This document shows, piece by piece, positions 9,220-19,700 of a stretch of 64,000 nucleotides of DNA. Source of the stretch: an uncultured bacterium. Lineage in GTDB: Bacteria > Patescibacteriota > Patescibacteriia > CAIQCM01. Position 1 is the first letter of the stretch, and each line of letters starts with the position of its first letter. A program made the position numbers and the translations under genes. The notes beneath the pieces are model-generated. The model made no database searches. It worked only from the letters and a program-made list of their open reading frames with translations, and was not told the DNA's origin. The DNA lies in assembly GCA_963708045.1 (NCBI GenBank), contig OY970181.1, positions 195,740 through 259,739 of the forward strand, in the 5' to 3' direction.

Positions 9220-9494
9220 TGAAAAATATGAGATGCTTTGTGTATATTACAGTTTGTTCTAATGGCCAATACTATATCGGAAGCAGTATTGACGTGGCGA
9301 GAAGAATTGACGAGCACAACGCTGGCAAAACAAAATCGCTAGCCAATGTCTTACCAGTAAAACTTGTCTTTAAACAAGCGTTTGAAGATGAATTGACGGC
9401 GAGACGAGTTGAGTATCGGCTTAAACAAAAAAAGAGTAGAATCATCATTGAGAAAATAGTCCAAGAAGGACAGATCAAGTTCTTGGGCCCATAG
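9219..9494 (+). CDS. small GIY-YIG nuclease-domain protein (UPF0213/YhbQ-like)
   Basis: MKNMRCFVYITVCSNGQYYIGSSIDVARRIDEHN...KLVFKQAFEDELTARRVEYRLKQ. GTG start. The TAG stop lies at tRNA-Ala positions 8-10. Confidence 0.7.
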   Translation: MKNMRCFVYITVCSNGQYYIGSSIDVARRIDEHNAGKTKSLANVLPVKLVFKQAFEDELTARRVEYRLKQKKSRIIIEKIVQEGQIKFLGP

Positions 9495-9555
9495 TAAAGT
9501 GGCATTACGCTTCCATGGCATGGAAGAGGTTCGGGTTCGATTCCCGATGGGTCCA
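9485..9555 (+). tRNA. tRNA-Ala(GGC)
   Basis: Hand-folded cloverleaf. Acceptor gggccca/tgggtcc with a G3:U70 pair and A73. D-stem gtaa/ttac. Anticodon stem cttcc/ggaag with loop atGGCat. T-arm tcggg-ttcgatt-cccga. No encoded CCA. Confidence 0.7.
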
Positions 9556-10724
9556 TAAAAAATATCCTCCAATCAAGAGGATGTTTTTTATTTGGCATTA
9601 CGGTCCGATGTCCATCGGACAGGTTCGGGTTCAATTCCCGATGGGTCCATAAAAAATATCCTCCAATCAAGAGGATGTTTTTTATTTGGCATTACGGTCC
9701 GATGTCCATCGGACAGGTTCGGGTTCGATTCCCGATGGGTCCATAAAAAATATCCTCCAATCAAGAGGATGTTTTTTATTTGGCATTACGGTCCGATGTC
9801 CATCGGACAGGTTCGGGTTCGATTCCCGATGGGTCCATAAAAAATATCCTCCAATCAAGAGGATGTTTTTTATTTGGCATTACGGTCCGATGTCCATCGG
9901 ACAGGTTCGGGTTCGATTCCCGATGGGTCCATAAAAAATATCCTCCAATCAAGAGGATGTTTTTTATTTGGCATTACGGTCCGATGTCCATCGGACAGGT
10001 TCGGGTTCGATTCCCGATGGGTCCATAAAAAATATCCTCCAATCAAGAGGATGTTTTTTATTTGGCATTACGGTCCGATGTCCATCGGACAGGTTCGGGT
10101 TCGAATTCCCGATGGGTCCATAAAAAATATCCTCCAATCAAGAGGATGTTTTTTATTTGGCATTACGGTCCGATGTCCATCGGACAGGTTCGGGTTCGAT
10201 TCCCGATGGGTCCATAAAAAATATCCTCCAATCAAGAGGATGTTTTTTATTTGGCATTACGGTCCGATGGACATCGGACAGGTTCGGGTTCGATTCCCGA
10301 TGGGTCCATAAAAAATATCCTCCAATCAAGAGGATGTTTTTTATTTGGCATTACGGTCCGATGTCCATCGGACAGGTTCGGGTTCGATTCCCGATGGGTC
10401 CATAAAAAATATCCTCCAATCAAGAGGATGTTTTTTATTTGGCATTACGGTCCGATGTCCATCGGACAGGTTCGGGTTCGATTCCCGATGGGTCCATAAA
10501 AAATATCCTCCAATCAAGAGGATGTTTTTTATTTGGCATTACGGTCCGATGGACATCGGACAGGTTCGGGTTCGATTCCCGATGGGTCCATAAAAAATAT
10601 CCTCCAATCAAGAGGATGTTTTTTATTTGGCATTACGGTCCGATGTCCATCGGACAGGTTCGGGTTCGATTCCCGATGGGTCCACCAAAAAATCATACCT
10701 ATTTGGGTATGATTTTTTGTTTTA
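9556..10724 (+). repeat. tandem array: terminator + 12 head-to-tail 94-bp copies of [tRNA 3' part (D-loop 3' half, 18-nt palindromic arm, T-arm, acceptor 3' strand) + intrinsic terminator]; last copy ends gggtccaCCA with a distinct terminator
   Basis: ggcattacggtccgatgKccatcggac starts at 9594, 9688, 9782, 9876, 9970, 10064, 10159, 10253, 10347, 10441, 10535 and 10629. Each unit ends in atcctccaatcaagaggat + T-run. Copies are near-identical. Variants: loop tgtcca vs tggaca (copies 8 and 11), ttcaattcc (copy 1), ttcgaattcc (copy 6). Confidence 0.9.
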
Positions 10725-10803
10725 TCCGGTTGGTAAATTTAAAACCCGCGTCATAACTTTTGGAAATGACGCGGGGCGGGACAAATCTTTGTCGCGCCAA
10801 TTT

Positions 10804-11223
10804 TTAGATTGGCGCTTTTTGCTGCGTTAGAAGGTGCTCGTACATCATTTCCCATTCCCACACGCCGGATCTGCGGGTCCACGTCTCCCTATCAAACTCA
10901 ATTACCGTTACCCGGTCGGTGGCGTTAGCGTCCGAAAGTGGGTGTTGCCTGATCATATCTCTACTGGAGAGAACGATGACCAGGTTGGTGCCGCTATGAG
11001 CCGCCGCGGTTGCAATCCTTATGAGCTCAGAAACGATCGTGTGATTATCGGGTCGCCTGATAATGAAAATGTTGAACGGGTCACCGTTCTCGTGACTGCT
11101 TTTCAGAGCATCACCGGCCGCAATCGTGCCATCGGCAAACTCGGATTTCCAACCTGCCGGCATTGAGTGCATCAGCGCATTGGTCTCAGGTCTATCAACA
11201 CAAAGCGTCAGTAATACTCTCAT
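10804..11223 (-). CDS. hypothetical protein (139 aa, Rossmann-like alternation, no family recognised)
   Basis: Intact ORF, GC-richer than core genes. Lies immediately beside the tRNA-derived array. Confidence 0.4.
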   Translation of the reverse strand: MRVLLTLCVDRPETNALMHSMPAGWKSEFADGTIAAGDALKSSHENGDPFNIFIIRRPDNHTIVSELIRIATAAAHSGTNLVIVLSSRDMIRQHPLSDANATDRVTVIEFDRETWTRRSGVWEWEMMYEHLLTQQKAPI

Positions 11224-11437
11224 TTGACCAAGGTCCTTTCTTGGATGTTTGTTGTCTTTCAGAGCACCGACACGCCAGCTTACACAGCCAAACGCATCAT
11301 GTCAATAAAACCATTTATACATACGGTTTGATAACCCCAACGCTTAAACCATTGACAATTTTAGAAAAAAATGATACTACAAGCTGTGAATTCTCAGAAA
11401 TTCAGAACGACCGATACAGTAGAAAGAAGGAGACCAG

Positions 11438-12466
11438 ATGAAACGAAAAATGTTCACGGCTATGTTCTTTTACACCATCATATCAACCGCCTGCGGAGGC
11501 AGATCTGCGACCATACATGAAACAGTTCCAACGGATGCCGTTGCTTCTGACGATTCGGTGGCCACACTCCCTGTGCAGTACCTGGACAAATACGTGGCAG
11601 ACGACCTCGTGAATGACCTCCGGAAGAAAATCGGAAATGAATACGTGATAAGTCGGCCAGAAGAGTCTAGTGTCAAGGCAACACGTATAGAGCTCGGCGC
11701 CGACGGCCAGCGGATGCGCGAGAACTCGGAAACTCTCGTGTTTCATAAGGACAAGGACACGTGGACCCTCGTCCCGACTCAGGTCACCCGCACCCTGCGA
11801 AATGAAACGCGCGTAAGCGACCTCATCTTGAATGAATTCCGTTTCTACGCCTCCGCGGTAGCCGACCCGATCCAACTCATCTTCACCGAAGCCGTCCTGC
11901 GCAACTCAATGTGGCGGAAATATTATCAATCTTCCGATAACATTCCTGGCCGCATTGAAAGCGAGCGCCGCCCTTATCGCAAGTATCAATACACGGCTTG
12001 GGTGAAGTGCGACGAAAACAAGGCCTGTCGCTTGCCGGTCTGGGTCTATGACGGCGTCTGGGTAAAAGAAGAGCAAGGAGAGGTGGCGCTTGTCGCCGGT
12101 GAGATCACCGTCCTCCATGACCCGTCGAATCGGCACCTTGAAAAAGACTCTTTCTTCTACGTCATGCGGCTGAACGATCGCTACGAGGCGAGCAACCGCG
12201 GTATCCTATATCCGATCTCCGAGTCCACTTATCTGAGATTCGTGGACTATAGCATAGGCAAAACCAACGACTGGACACGCGATTACGCCGCCGACGACAA
12301 AGAAAGCTACATCGACATGGCGATGCTTGATAACATAAAAAACCGCCTACACAAAGTGCCGATAAGTGAAGTCTCTAAGCGACCCGAGATCAAGGAAGCG
12401 CCAATTGAGCAGCGCCCCAAGGGTTGCTGCGTGCCGGACTTCAACGAAACCGGCCCTCTGTTCTAA
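11438..12466 (+). CDS. hypothetical lipoprotein
   Basis: MKRKMFTAMFFYTIISTACGG lipobox-like signal. 342 aa, no recognisable domain. Followed by the hairpin gaaaccgcgacgc...gcgtcgcggtttc. Confidence 0.5.
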   Translation: MKRKMFTAMFFYTIISTACGGRSATIHETVPTDAVASDDSVATLPVQYLDKYVADDLVNDLRKKIGNEYVISRPEESSVKATRIELGADGQRMRENSETLVFHKDKDTWTLVPTQVTRTLRNETRVSDLILNEFRFYASAVADPIQLIFTEAVLRNSMWRKYYQSSDNIPGRIESERRPYRKYQYTAWVKCDENKACRLPVWVYDGVWVKEEQGEVALVAGEITVLHDPSNRHLEKDSFFYVMRLNDRYEASNRGILYPISESTYLRFVDYSIGKTNDWTRDYAADDKESYIDMAMLDNIKNRLHKVPISEVSKRPEIKEAPIEQRPKGCCVPDFNETGPLF

Positions 12467-12536
12467 GGGAAACGACCCTTGGAACGCGAAACCGCGACGC
12501 ATCAGCGTCGCGGTTTCTTTGTGTCCGTTTATTAAA

Positions 12537-14960
12537 TTACAGTCGGCTTTTTTCCGGAAGCGGTGTGGGTGTTCCTTTGTCTGGCGTGGTTGGGGCTTTA
12601 CCGTTCATTTCGGCGGTGACAGCGTCAACACGAGTTTTTACCGTCGCATTTTCCGGATCAGTTTTAAGAATGGCATTTAGCTGGGTAAGCGCTTCGGAAT
12701 ATTTTTTCGCGTCTTCGTAAACCGTGGCAAGAAGCCAGCGCGCGTCGGCATAAGTCTCGTCAATCGCAATGGCGCGTGTGAGTGCGGCCTCGGCTTTGTC
12801 TTTGGTGCCAGTGAGATAATACATTAACCCGAGGCTATAAACGACGCCGGCGTCATTCGGGTTTTGAGTGGCGACCTCTTCAAGTTTTTTAATCGCCTCA
12901 TTAGCTTTTCCTTGTCGCTCATAAACAACGGCTAGTTGATAACTTGCTTGCGCGTAGTCGGATTTTAATTCAAGCGCTTTTCCAAATTCAGCTTCCGCCG
13001 CCGCGAGTTCGTCAGTTTTTACTTTTTGCGCCGCCGCTTTGGCAGCATCGTCCTTGGCCGAGGTTGCGCTTGTAGATGCGCGGTTTGCGAGAATCATATG
13101 AACGCGACCAAGACCAAGATGTTGAACGGGCGAAGCCGGCTCAAGCAACACCGCTTGATTGTAGGCGGCAATGGCATTTTCCGGAGCATCCGAGACGTAG
13201 GCCGAAATGGTTTCATAAACCGCACCAAGAAGCGACCAATTTTGTACATTTTTTGACGAAATAACCGTCGCTTGCTTGGCGGTATTAATCGCTGCCATCG
13301 TAAGGTCATTTATTTTTTTGCCGCGCGCCGTGGCGTCCATTGTCTGGTCGTATAAAAGCGCTTGGATTTTGATTAAGTAAGCCTGGGCTAGATTGCGAAG
13401 AACAAGATCAGACTGTCCGTTTGCCGAAGCGGCTTTTTCAAATTCACCCAGAGCCAGATCAATTTGCTTAGATGCGTCACGCGAGCCAGCCTTGGCGGAA
13501 AGCGTGTCAGCATAAAGTTTTGTTCCGGTAACAAACCAACCGACCGTGAACAAAATGACCGTTAACACAAAGAAAAAAGTCATTCCCAAAGCCGCCCGCG
13601 GCGAATCGCTAAAACGAATCGTGACCGAATCTTTGGAAACGGCGCGCATCAGCAGGGCAAAAACCACCCAAAAGACAAAGAGGGTGGCGAGCGACGCGCC
13701 ATAAAAAATCATCCCGGCTACCGAAGCAAGAAAAGCCGCCGTAAGACCAAGGGTGGAAAGCCAGTTGGCATCATCGCGCTCTTTGCCAAAAATAAGATAA
13801 GCGGCCGATTTCCAAAGACCGATAACCACGAGAAAAAGCCAAGCGATTAAACCGGCAAAGCCCGTCGTTGCGGCAAGGGTGAGCAAAAATGAATTAGCGC
13901 GATCAAAACGCACGTACCAGACCGAGCTTTTGTTAATGAGCGTGTCGCGGAAGCGCGAAAAATCATCGGCAAAAGTGCCAGGGCCGCTTCCTAAGATCGG
14001 ACTGCTTTTTAGCGCTTCGCCCGTAATTTTAAACGACTGCTGGGTTGAAGGGAAAATTTCAACCGGCGCGCGAACAGGAAGCGGCACATTCACAAAAAGA
14101 AACAACGCTGCTAAAACCAACACGCCCATTGGAACGGCGAGCCAAGTAAGTCGGCTAATGGAGCGAGGACGAACCAGCGCATAAGCCAGCAGAGCGACCA
14201 AACCGACGATCACCGCGACCCAGATTGGCCAAAAATTTATGACCAAAACTATGAGCAGGGAAAAAAACCCAAAAACTCCAGCAACAATCCTTTTCGCAAG
14301 CGTGTTTTTTCCAAGATCAGCAACAAGAAAATAAGTAGCGGTCGCAACCACCGCCACCGCCGAAAGCAAACCCAGCGTAACGGTTGAACCGACAAAATTA
14401 AATGATTGATTTTTGATAAACGGCAAAACATTAAGGCCAGCGTATGACAAAAATGCTTGAAGCGCGGCGAGACCGGTTACGACAATAAAAACCAGAATAA
14501 CTTTATTCGCAATCTTGACGCGGGCAGGCAAGTTAACAATGGCAAAAAACAAAAAAACAAAAAGCGCTGTTGTTGCGAGCGAGACATACTCCTCGCCCCC
14601 GTCGCCGATGCCGGAAATATATTTTGCATTGGAAAACAGCGTCGCAACAATCATCACGCCCAAAAAAATGAGCGCGCCAAGATTGGCAATGGTGCGGCGC
14701 AAAACAATCGCTTTTTCAATAAGCATTGAACCGACCCATGAAAGAAAAATGATTGTCACGAGAACAAGCAGGGCGACTTGTTTAGGAAGTTCTAGTGCCT
14801 GGCTTGTAAACGGCAAGAAAAAAAGCGGGATGAGCGCCGCGGCGACTAGCACGACCCACTCGTTTATTTTTATAAGGAAGGCACCGAACTTGTTCGGTGA
14901 CGCGAGCTTAGGCTCGTTTGCCGCGGAAACGCCGGCCGAGGAAATAAATTGTTTGGCCAT
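12537..14960 (-). CDS. polytopic membrane protein with O-antigen-ligase-like TM core and C-terminal TPR repeats
   Basis: 807 aa. About 12 TM helices in the first ~480 aa. The C-terminal ~300 aa hold TPR-like repeats (YQLAVVYERQGKANEAIKKLEEV, YSLGLMYYLTG, ARWLLATVYEDAKKYSEA). Confidence 0.5.
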   Translation of the reverse strand: MAKQFISSAGVSAANEPKLASPNKFGAFLIKINEWVVLVAAALIPLFFLPFTSQALELPKQVALLVLVTIIFLSWVGSMLIEKAIVLRRTIANLGALIFLGVMIVATLFSNAKYISGIGDGGEEYVSLATTALFVFLFFAIVNLPARVKIANKVILVFIVVTGLAALQAFLSYAGLNVLPFIKNQSFNFVGSTVTLGLLSAVAVVATATYFLVADLGKNTLAKRIVAGVFGFFSLLIVLVINFWPIWVAVIVGLVALLAYALVRPRSISRLTWLAVPMGVLVLAALFLFVNVPLPVRAPVEIFPSTQQSFKITGEALKSSPILGSGPGTFADDFSRFRDTLINKSSVWYVRFDRANSFLLTLAATTGFAGLIAWLFLVVIGLWKSAAYLIFGKERDDANWLSTLGLTAAFLASVAGMIFYGASLATLFVFWVVFALLMRAVSKDSVTIRFSDSPRAALGMTFFFVLTVILFTVGWFVTGTKLYADTLSAKAGSRDASKQIDLALGEFEKAASANGQSDLVLRNLAQAYLIKIQALLYDQTMDATARGKKINDLTMAAINTAKQATVISSKNVQNWSLLGAVYETISAYVSDAPENAIAAYNQAVLLEPASPVQHLGLGRVHMILANRASTSATSAKDDAAKAAAQKVKTDELAAAEAEFGKALELKSDYAQASYQLAVVYERQGKANEAIKKLEEVATQNPNDAGVVYSLGLMYYLTGTKDKAEAALTRAIAIDETYADARWLLATVYEDAKKYSEALTQLNAILKTDPENATVKTRVDAVTAEMNGKAPTTPDKGTPTPLPEKSRL

Positions 14961-15061
14961 ATTATATTTAATAAATTAAAGCTTGTATGATTATAACATA
15001 TTTGGCGGCAACAAAAAATGGGGACGCGTGATAAACCTACTTTGTTAAATGATGGTTTTAT

Positions 15062-15742
15062 TTATTTTTTTCTTTTTCCAAAAATTCGCGCGTAGAAAAT
15101 TATCATTATCGCCGAGAGCACACCGCCAGCTGCCGCCGCTAAAAGCGCGTGCCACCATATCTCGGCGTTATTACTAACTATTGGCACGACCATGTGAACT
15201 GGCTGATTAGTGTTAACATTCCCTTCGCTTTCCGAACCACCAATATTTAACGAAAATGTTCCGCGCGACGAAATAACGTTTGTGCCAAGTCCGTCATTTG
15301 CATAAAGTCCGGACGCCTCAGAAATATCAATCATCGCTTGCCCGGTTTTTTTTGCGTAAAACGTTATTTCGCCGACGCTATCGTTTTTTAAAATCTTGGC
15401 CGGCTCAATTCCACCCTCTATTGTTATTAACCCATTGGAAATTGTCCCCTTTGTGACATAAAGAGTTATAACCGAACGATCGGTAACGTTTTTAACTTCC
15501 AGCATATCGGTTGGATATAAAATTTCCGCGCCAATCGCGTTAACTGCAACGTCGCTTGAAGCAAGAACATTAACAACAAACGTTTGACCTTCTTTAACTG
15601 TCGTTGGATTAACGTCAAAAAAGAGCGTGCCCGAAGCAGCTTTGGCAAAATTTTCACTGGGAGCAGAAAATATTATGAGCGCCAAAAATAATCCGATTCC
15701 GATATTTTTTGACAGAATTAATTTCATATTTATTTTTTCCAA
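15062..15742 (-). CDS. cohesin-domain protein with C-terminal membrane anchor
   Basis: Signal peptide, then a beta-sandwich-like segment TLFFDVNPTTVKEGQTFVVNVLASS...AEILYPTDMLEV...GEITFYAKKTG. C-terminal TM helix + KRKK. Overlaps the upstream dockerin gene by 13 nt. Confidence 0.5.
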   Translation of the reverse strand: MEKINMKLILSKNIGIGLFLALIIFSAPSENFAKAASGTLFFDVNPTTVKEGQTFVVNVLASSDVAVNAIGAEILYPTDMLEVKNVTDRSVITLYVTKGTISNGLITIEGGIEPAKILKNDSVGEITFYAKKTGQAMIDISEASGLYANDGLGTNVISSRGTFSLNIGGSESEGNVNTNQPVHMVVPIVSNNAEIWWHALLAAAAGGVLSAIMIIFYARIFGKRKK

Positions 15743-16740
15743 TAATAAAGAAGGATGGAGAAATCAACCAAATTTATTTTCCCGTCGGCGTTTAGGTCGT
15801 AATTAATCGGAAAAGTTTTCTTTTTAAAGAAAGCGATCAGAATGGAAACGTCCTGCAAATTTACTTTGCCATCGCAATTAAAATCGCCTTTAAGCGAACA
15901 GCTTTTCACGGGCGCAGGCGCCGCCTTGGTTATTGAATCGCTTAGGGTTGAGGTGGCGCTTGCGCCCAAAAAGCTAGCCGTCGCTTCAATACTAAAAACG
16001 CCTTCGGCAAACCCGGCCGTGTCAAAAACCGTTTGCCACGCTCCGTCTATTCCCGGAACAACGACGTGAAGAATCGATCTGCCCGAACTCGGCGGCTTTA
16101 AAACGACCGAGAGGATTGAACCGGGCATGGCGCTACCGGTCACAATAATTTTGTCGCCGACCGTAACTACTACCGGCGTAGAAGAAATTGACGGCGAAAA
16201 TAAAATACCAGAAACTACGGCCGACGCTGAAAGATTTTTATCGCGAATAACCGATACCGTTCGGCCGTTTGTGTCAGTTGATAAAATTGTTGCCGTATAC
16301 GCTCCGTCACGGCTAACTGAAATCGCAAAGCTTCCGGATGAGTTGGCATACGACGAGCCAACGAGAACGTTATCAATATATATTTGCACAAGTGCCTTGG
16401 GCGAGGTTAGGCCGGAAAAAACCACCGATGGAAAATAAATACTACCGCCGCCACTACCACTCGTTCCCCCGCTCGGCACTGGCGTATTTGATAAGAGCGT
16501 CGCCGCAAAACCGTCGCTTGCGCGAAAATTTGTAGACGAGGCGGTGCCCGAAACCGCTGAGCCAAGCACGCCACCGACTTGAAAATTCGCCGATGATGAA
16601 GAAATACCGCCGTCGTTTAAACTGTCCGAGACCACACTATAGTTTGACGACGACATCGCGGCAAACGATAAGTTTGGAAATATAAATACGCCAAAAACAA
16701 TAACGACAATAATTTTATAGCAAAACTTGTTTCGGAACAT
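15730..16740 (-). CDS. dockerin-domain secreted protein
   Basis: The C-terminus GDFNCDGKVNLQDVSILIAFF...DLNADGKINLVDFSILLYYW holds two canonical Ca-binding dockerin repeats. N-terminal signal peptide. Ser/Gly/Thr-rich beta-rich body. Confidence 0.65.
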   Translation of the reverse strand: MFRNKFCYKIIVVIVFGVFIFPNLSFAAMSSSNYSVVSDSLNDGGISSSSANFQVGGVLGSAVSGTASSTNFRASDGFAATLLSNTPVPSGGTSGSGGGSIYFPSVVFSGLTSPKALVQIYIDNVLVGSSYANSSGSFAISVSRDGAYTATILSTDTNGRTVSVIRDKNLSASAVVSGILFSPSISSTPVVVTVGDKIIVTGSAMPGSILSVVLKPPSSGRSILHVVVPGIDGAWQTVFDTAGFAEGVFSIEATASFLGASATSTLSDSITKAAPAPVKSCSLKGDFNCDGKVNLQDVSILIAFFKKKTFPINYDLNADGKINLVDFSILLYYWKK

Positions 16741-16794
16741 TTGCGTATTAAAACCAAAATAAAATCTTTGATTTAAATTTTTACGGGCATTTTA

Positions 16795-19700
16795 TTATTC
16801 CTGCGACACGGGAATTGTTTCTGTCGGTGTTGGTTCAGCTTGAGGCGCCGGACTAATTTCGGCGGACGGTTCGGAAACTGTGGGCTCGGGCATTGGTTCG
16901 TCCGTCGGCGGCGCGCTTTCGGCCGCGGGTTCATTTATGGTATCGGGGTCGGTTGCTGGTTCATTCACCACGGGTTCTTCGGTTGACGGCGTTGTTGTAA
17001 CGGGTTCAACGGGTGGCGTTGGCGTATTTGTAACAGGTTCGTTAACGACCGGAACGGGAGCGGGCGGAGCGGACGGCGCGTTCACGTTTTGTTGACTATT
17101 AAGCAATTGGTCTAGTTGATCTTTGGTAATGCACGTTTCGTTTCCGGTTTTAGCATCACCCACACAAAGTTTGCGCTGGTGCGTTTCATCAAAGTAGCCA
17201 CGGATCGCAGTTACCCGTGCGGCGACAAAGTCGGCAGCAATCTTAGCACCGGCGTTTATTCGGTCAATAAGAGCAGCGATCGGGTCGTGTGGTGTTTCGG
17301 CTTGAATGTCTAGAGCAAAAGATGTAATGCCGTTCGGCAAATCCTTGGAATCAATCAAGCGACCCATAACAAGTGACAGTGCCGGTTCGTCACCAGGATA
17401 ATAAGTATTTTTTATCAACATAATCGCTTCGCTCGCGTCATCGCCATTTGCAGACGAAAGAACCTGACCAATGACGAAACCAGGCGAAGTTGCTTTCATC
17501 GCAACTCCCGGCACCGACGACAAGGTCAAATAATCTCCAGCTCCAATTGCGCCGTTTTCGTCGGAGACCTTAACTGGAACACGACCAGCAAGAGCGAGGC
17601 GAACCGAATGACCATCGTCTTTACCAAGCGTGGTATGTGGGAGAGTAGAAACAACGCCAATTAATTTTTTATTATCTGTTCCCGACGAACGGACAACGGT
17701 TACGGGATTATTAGTGTCCAGACTGACCAACTCGCCGGCAACCGGTTCGTCGCCGGAATAAGGGATCCATTCCGCCAAGTCGGCCGAGTCGGCCGTTCCC
17801 GGCGTGCCGACGACGCGCCAAGCGCCGTTTGCGCGGACAATGGTGTAGTTTTCAATGATTACCACCGAGTTGGTATTGGCGGCACCGGCAGTAACCGTAC
17901 TAACCTGCGTACCGTTTACCTGAACAATGATCGTCGCGTTTTCATTGGCGCCACCACCAACGCCAATGCGTTGAACCTGAGTTTCAATGAAAGCAAACGT
18001 ACCGTCGGTGTTTGGTAATCCAGTAATATTAAAGGTGGTGGTTGGCGCCGCGCCTTGCGTGCCATTTCCTGTTGAACAAGTAGTTGTCACATTGCAAAGG
18101 CTCAAAAAATAAACAAGCGCTTTGGTTGAGACCGTTACCGTGTCGTTGGCTGTGGTTAGGTGGACGTTGTTCAAGCTGTTGCCGCCCCAGTTGCCGGCGA
18201 CATCAATAGTGCGGCCAGTCGTAGCGCTCGGGGTCACGCCGATTGTTAAACCTTGATCCCATCCGGCACCAATGTTGATCGCCGTTTCTGTTCCGGCGCC
18301 GCCGGTGATATTAGAGATACCCAAACCGTTCAATGATCCGGCGCCGATGCCCGCGGCGGCAATCTCAACGCCGTTTGCTGTTCCGTTGGTCGTGATCGTA
18401 CCAGTGTTTACCATGACGCCACTTGCCGTGACTGCGCCGCCGGCGGATTGCGTGATTCCCGGCAGGGTGACATTGACGCCGTGCCAGAGGAATGATCCAG
18501 CTGTCCCGTTCGTGATCGCGCCAGCCGTTGTCAAATTGTAGCCGTTATAAATGGTTGCGTTAGAAGTTGTTGAGGCGGTCGGCAGTTTCAAATCAAAACC
18601 GGTGATATTTTGTCCGGCGGATGGCGCGGTCAAGTTGGCGTTCATATCAAAAGCAAGCCCGATCAAAGCGCCTGCGCCTTGATTCGTCGCTGCGCCGTAA
18701 GCGCCGTTCATGATCGTGCCGGTGGTGTTGGTAAAATTAATGTCCACGATTTTTCCGGAAGTCGAAGTTGAGTTAAGCCGCAACAAAGTTCCGGAGGTAA
18801 GCGAGGTATCGTTAAAGACAAAGGACGAAGCCGTCGTCACACCGGTCGCATTTGACGAAGTAAAAGTTTGTGCGCCCGTGCCGGAAGTAAAGCCGATAGA
18901 GGCTAAGGAAGAGTTACCGATTATGACCGTGCCGGTTGAGGTGCCAGCGTTAATTGAGGTGTTAAAGTTGGAGTTATCATTCAAACTCACCGCCGCACCG
19001 GAAACGGTGAGGCCGAGATTACCAGTAAGCAAACCCGCTGAGGTGATTGTACCGCTTCCCGTTGTTGAAATGTTGTTTGACGTTGAAATCGTGTTCGCGG
19101 TCGCAATCGTGCCAAAGCCGGAGGCGATGGATCCAGAAGTAAGAATGCCAACCGTTGTTAAAGAAGAAGTGACCACGCCCGAAGCCAGTGTCGTGCCGGA
19201 AATATCAGCGGCCGCGTTCACGGTGATGGTTGCGTTCGGGAAAGTAATTGTTTTAGAAGTAACCGTCGGATCGGTAATCGCAAAAATTGTTTTCACGGCA
19301 TCGGCGGTCGCACCGTCAAAGGAAAGTGGCGAGGCGCCGGTCACGTTGCCCGAAGAAAGCGTAATGTTTCCGTTCGCGGTAAGGGTTTGAGTGACGGTAA
19401 GCGCGCCATTATTCGTTGTCGTAATCCCCGTCTTGCCCAAGGAAACCGAGGTTGCGCCGGACGTGCCAAGGTTGAGGGCGGAGGCGGAATCAACCGTAAG
19501 CGCGCCCACCAAAGTACTCCAAGTGGAAGCAGCGCCAGCTGTGAGTGTTAAGGCGCCGGACGAAGTTGACCAAGTTGAAGCCGCACCAGCTGTGAGTGTA
19601 AGTGCGCCACCAGAAGTAAACTGTGACGCACTGGTCGGCGTAAGATTAACAGCACCAGCGCCGGTCGCATTAAAATTTCCCGAGGTTAAGGTGTAGGCGA

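Noticed and set aside
9556-10724. Possible CRISPR array
   Set aside because: The repeats abut each other with no unique spacers. The unit is 94 bp of tRNA-like sequence plus terminator. No cas genes are nearby.
9592-10830. Series of 82-145-aa ORFs all starting MALRSDVHRTGSGSIPDGSIKNIL...
   Set aside because: They are the same 94-bp tandem unit translated repeatedly (TTG start inside each unit). The units match tRNA T-arm/acceptor sequence plus terminators. They are repeat artefacts, not genes.
12366-12720. ORFs of ~100 aa spanning the lipoprotein 3' end and the start of the TPR-ligase gene
   Set aside because: They cross a strong terminator hairpin and overlap better-supported genes on both sides.
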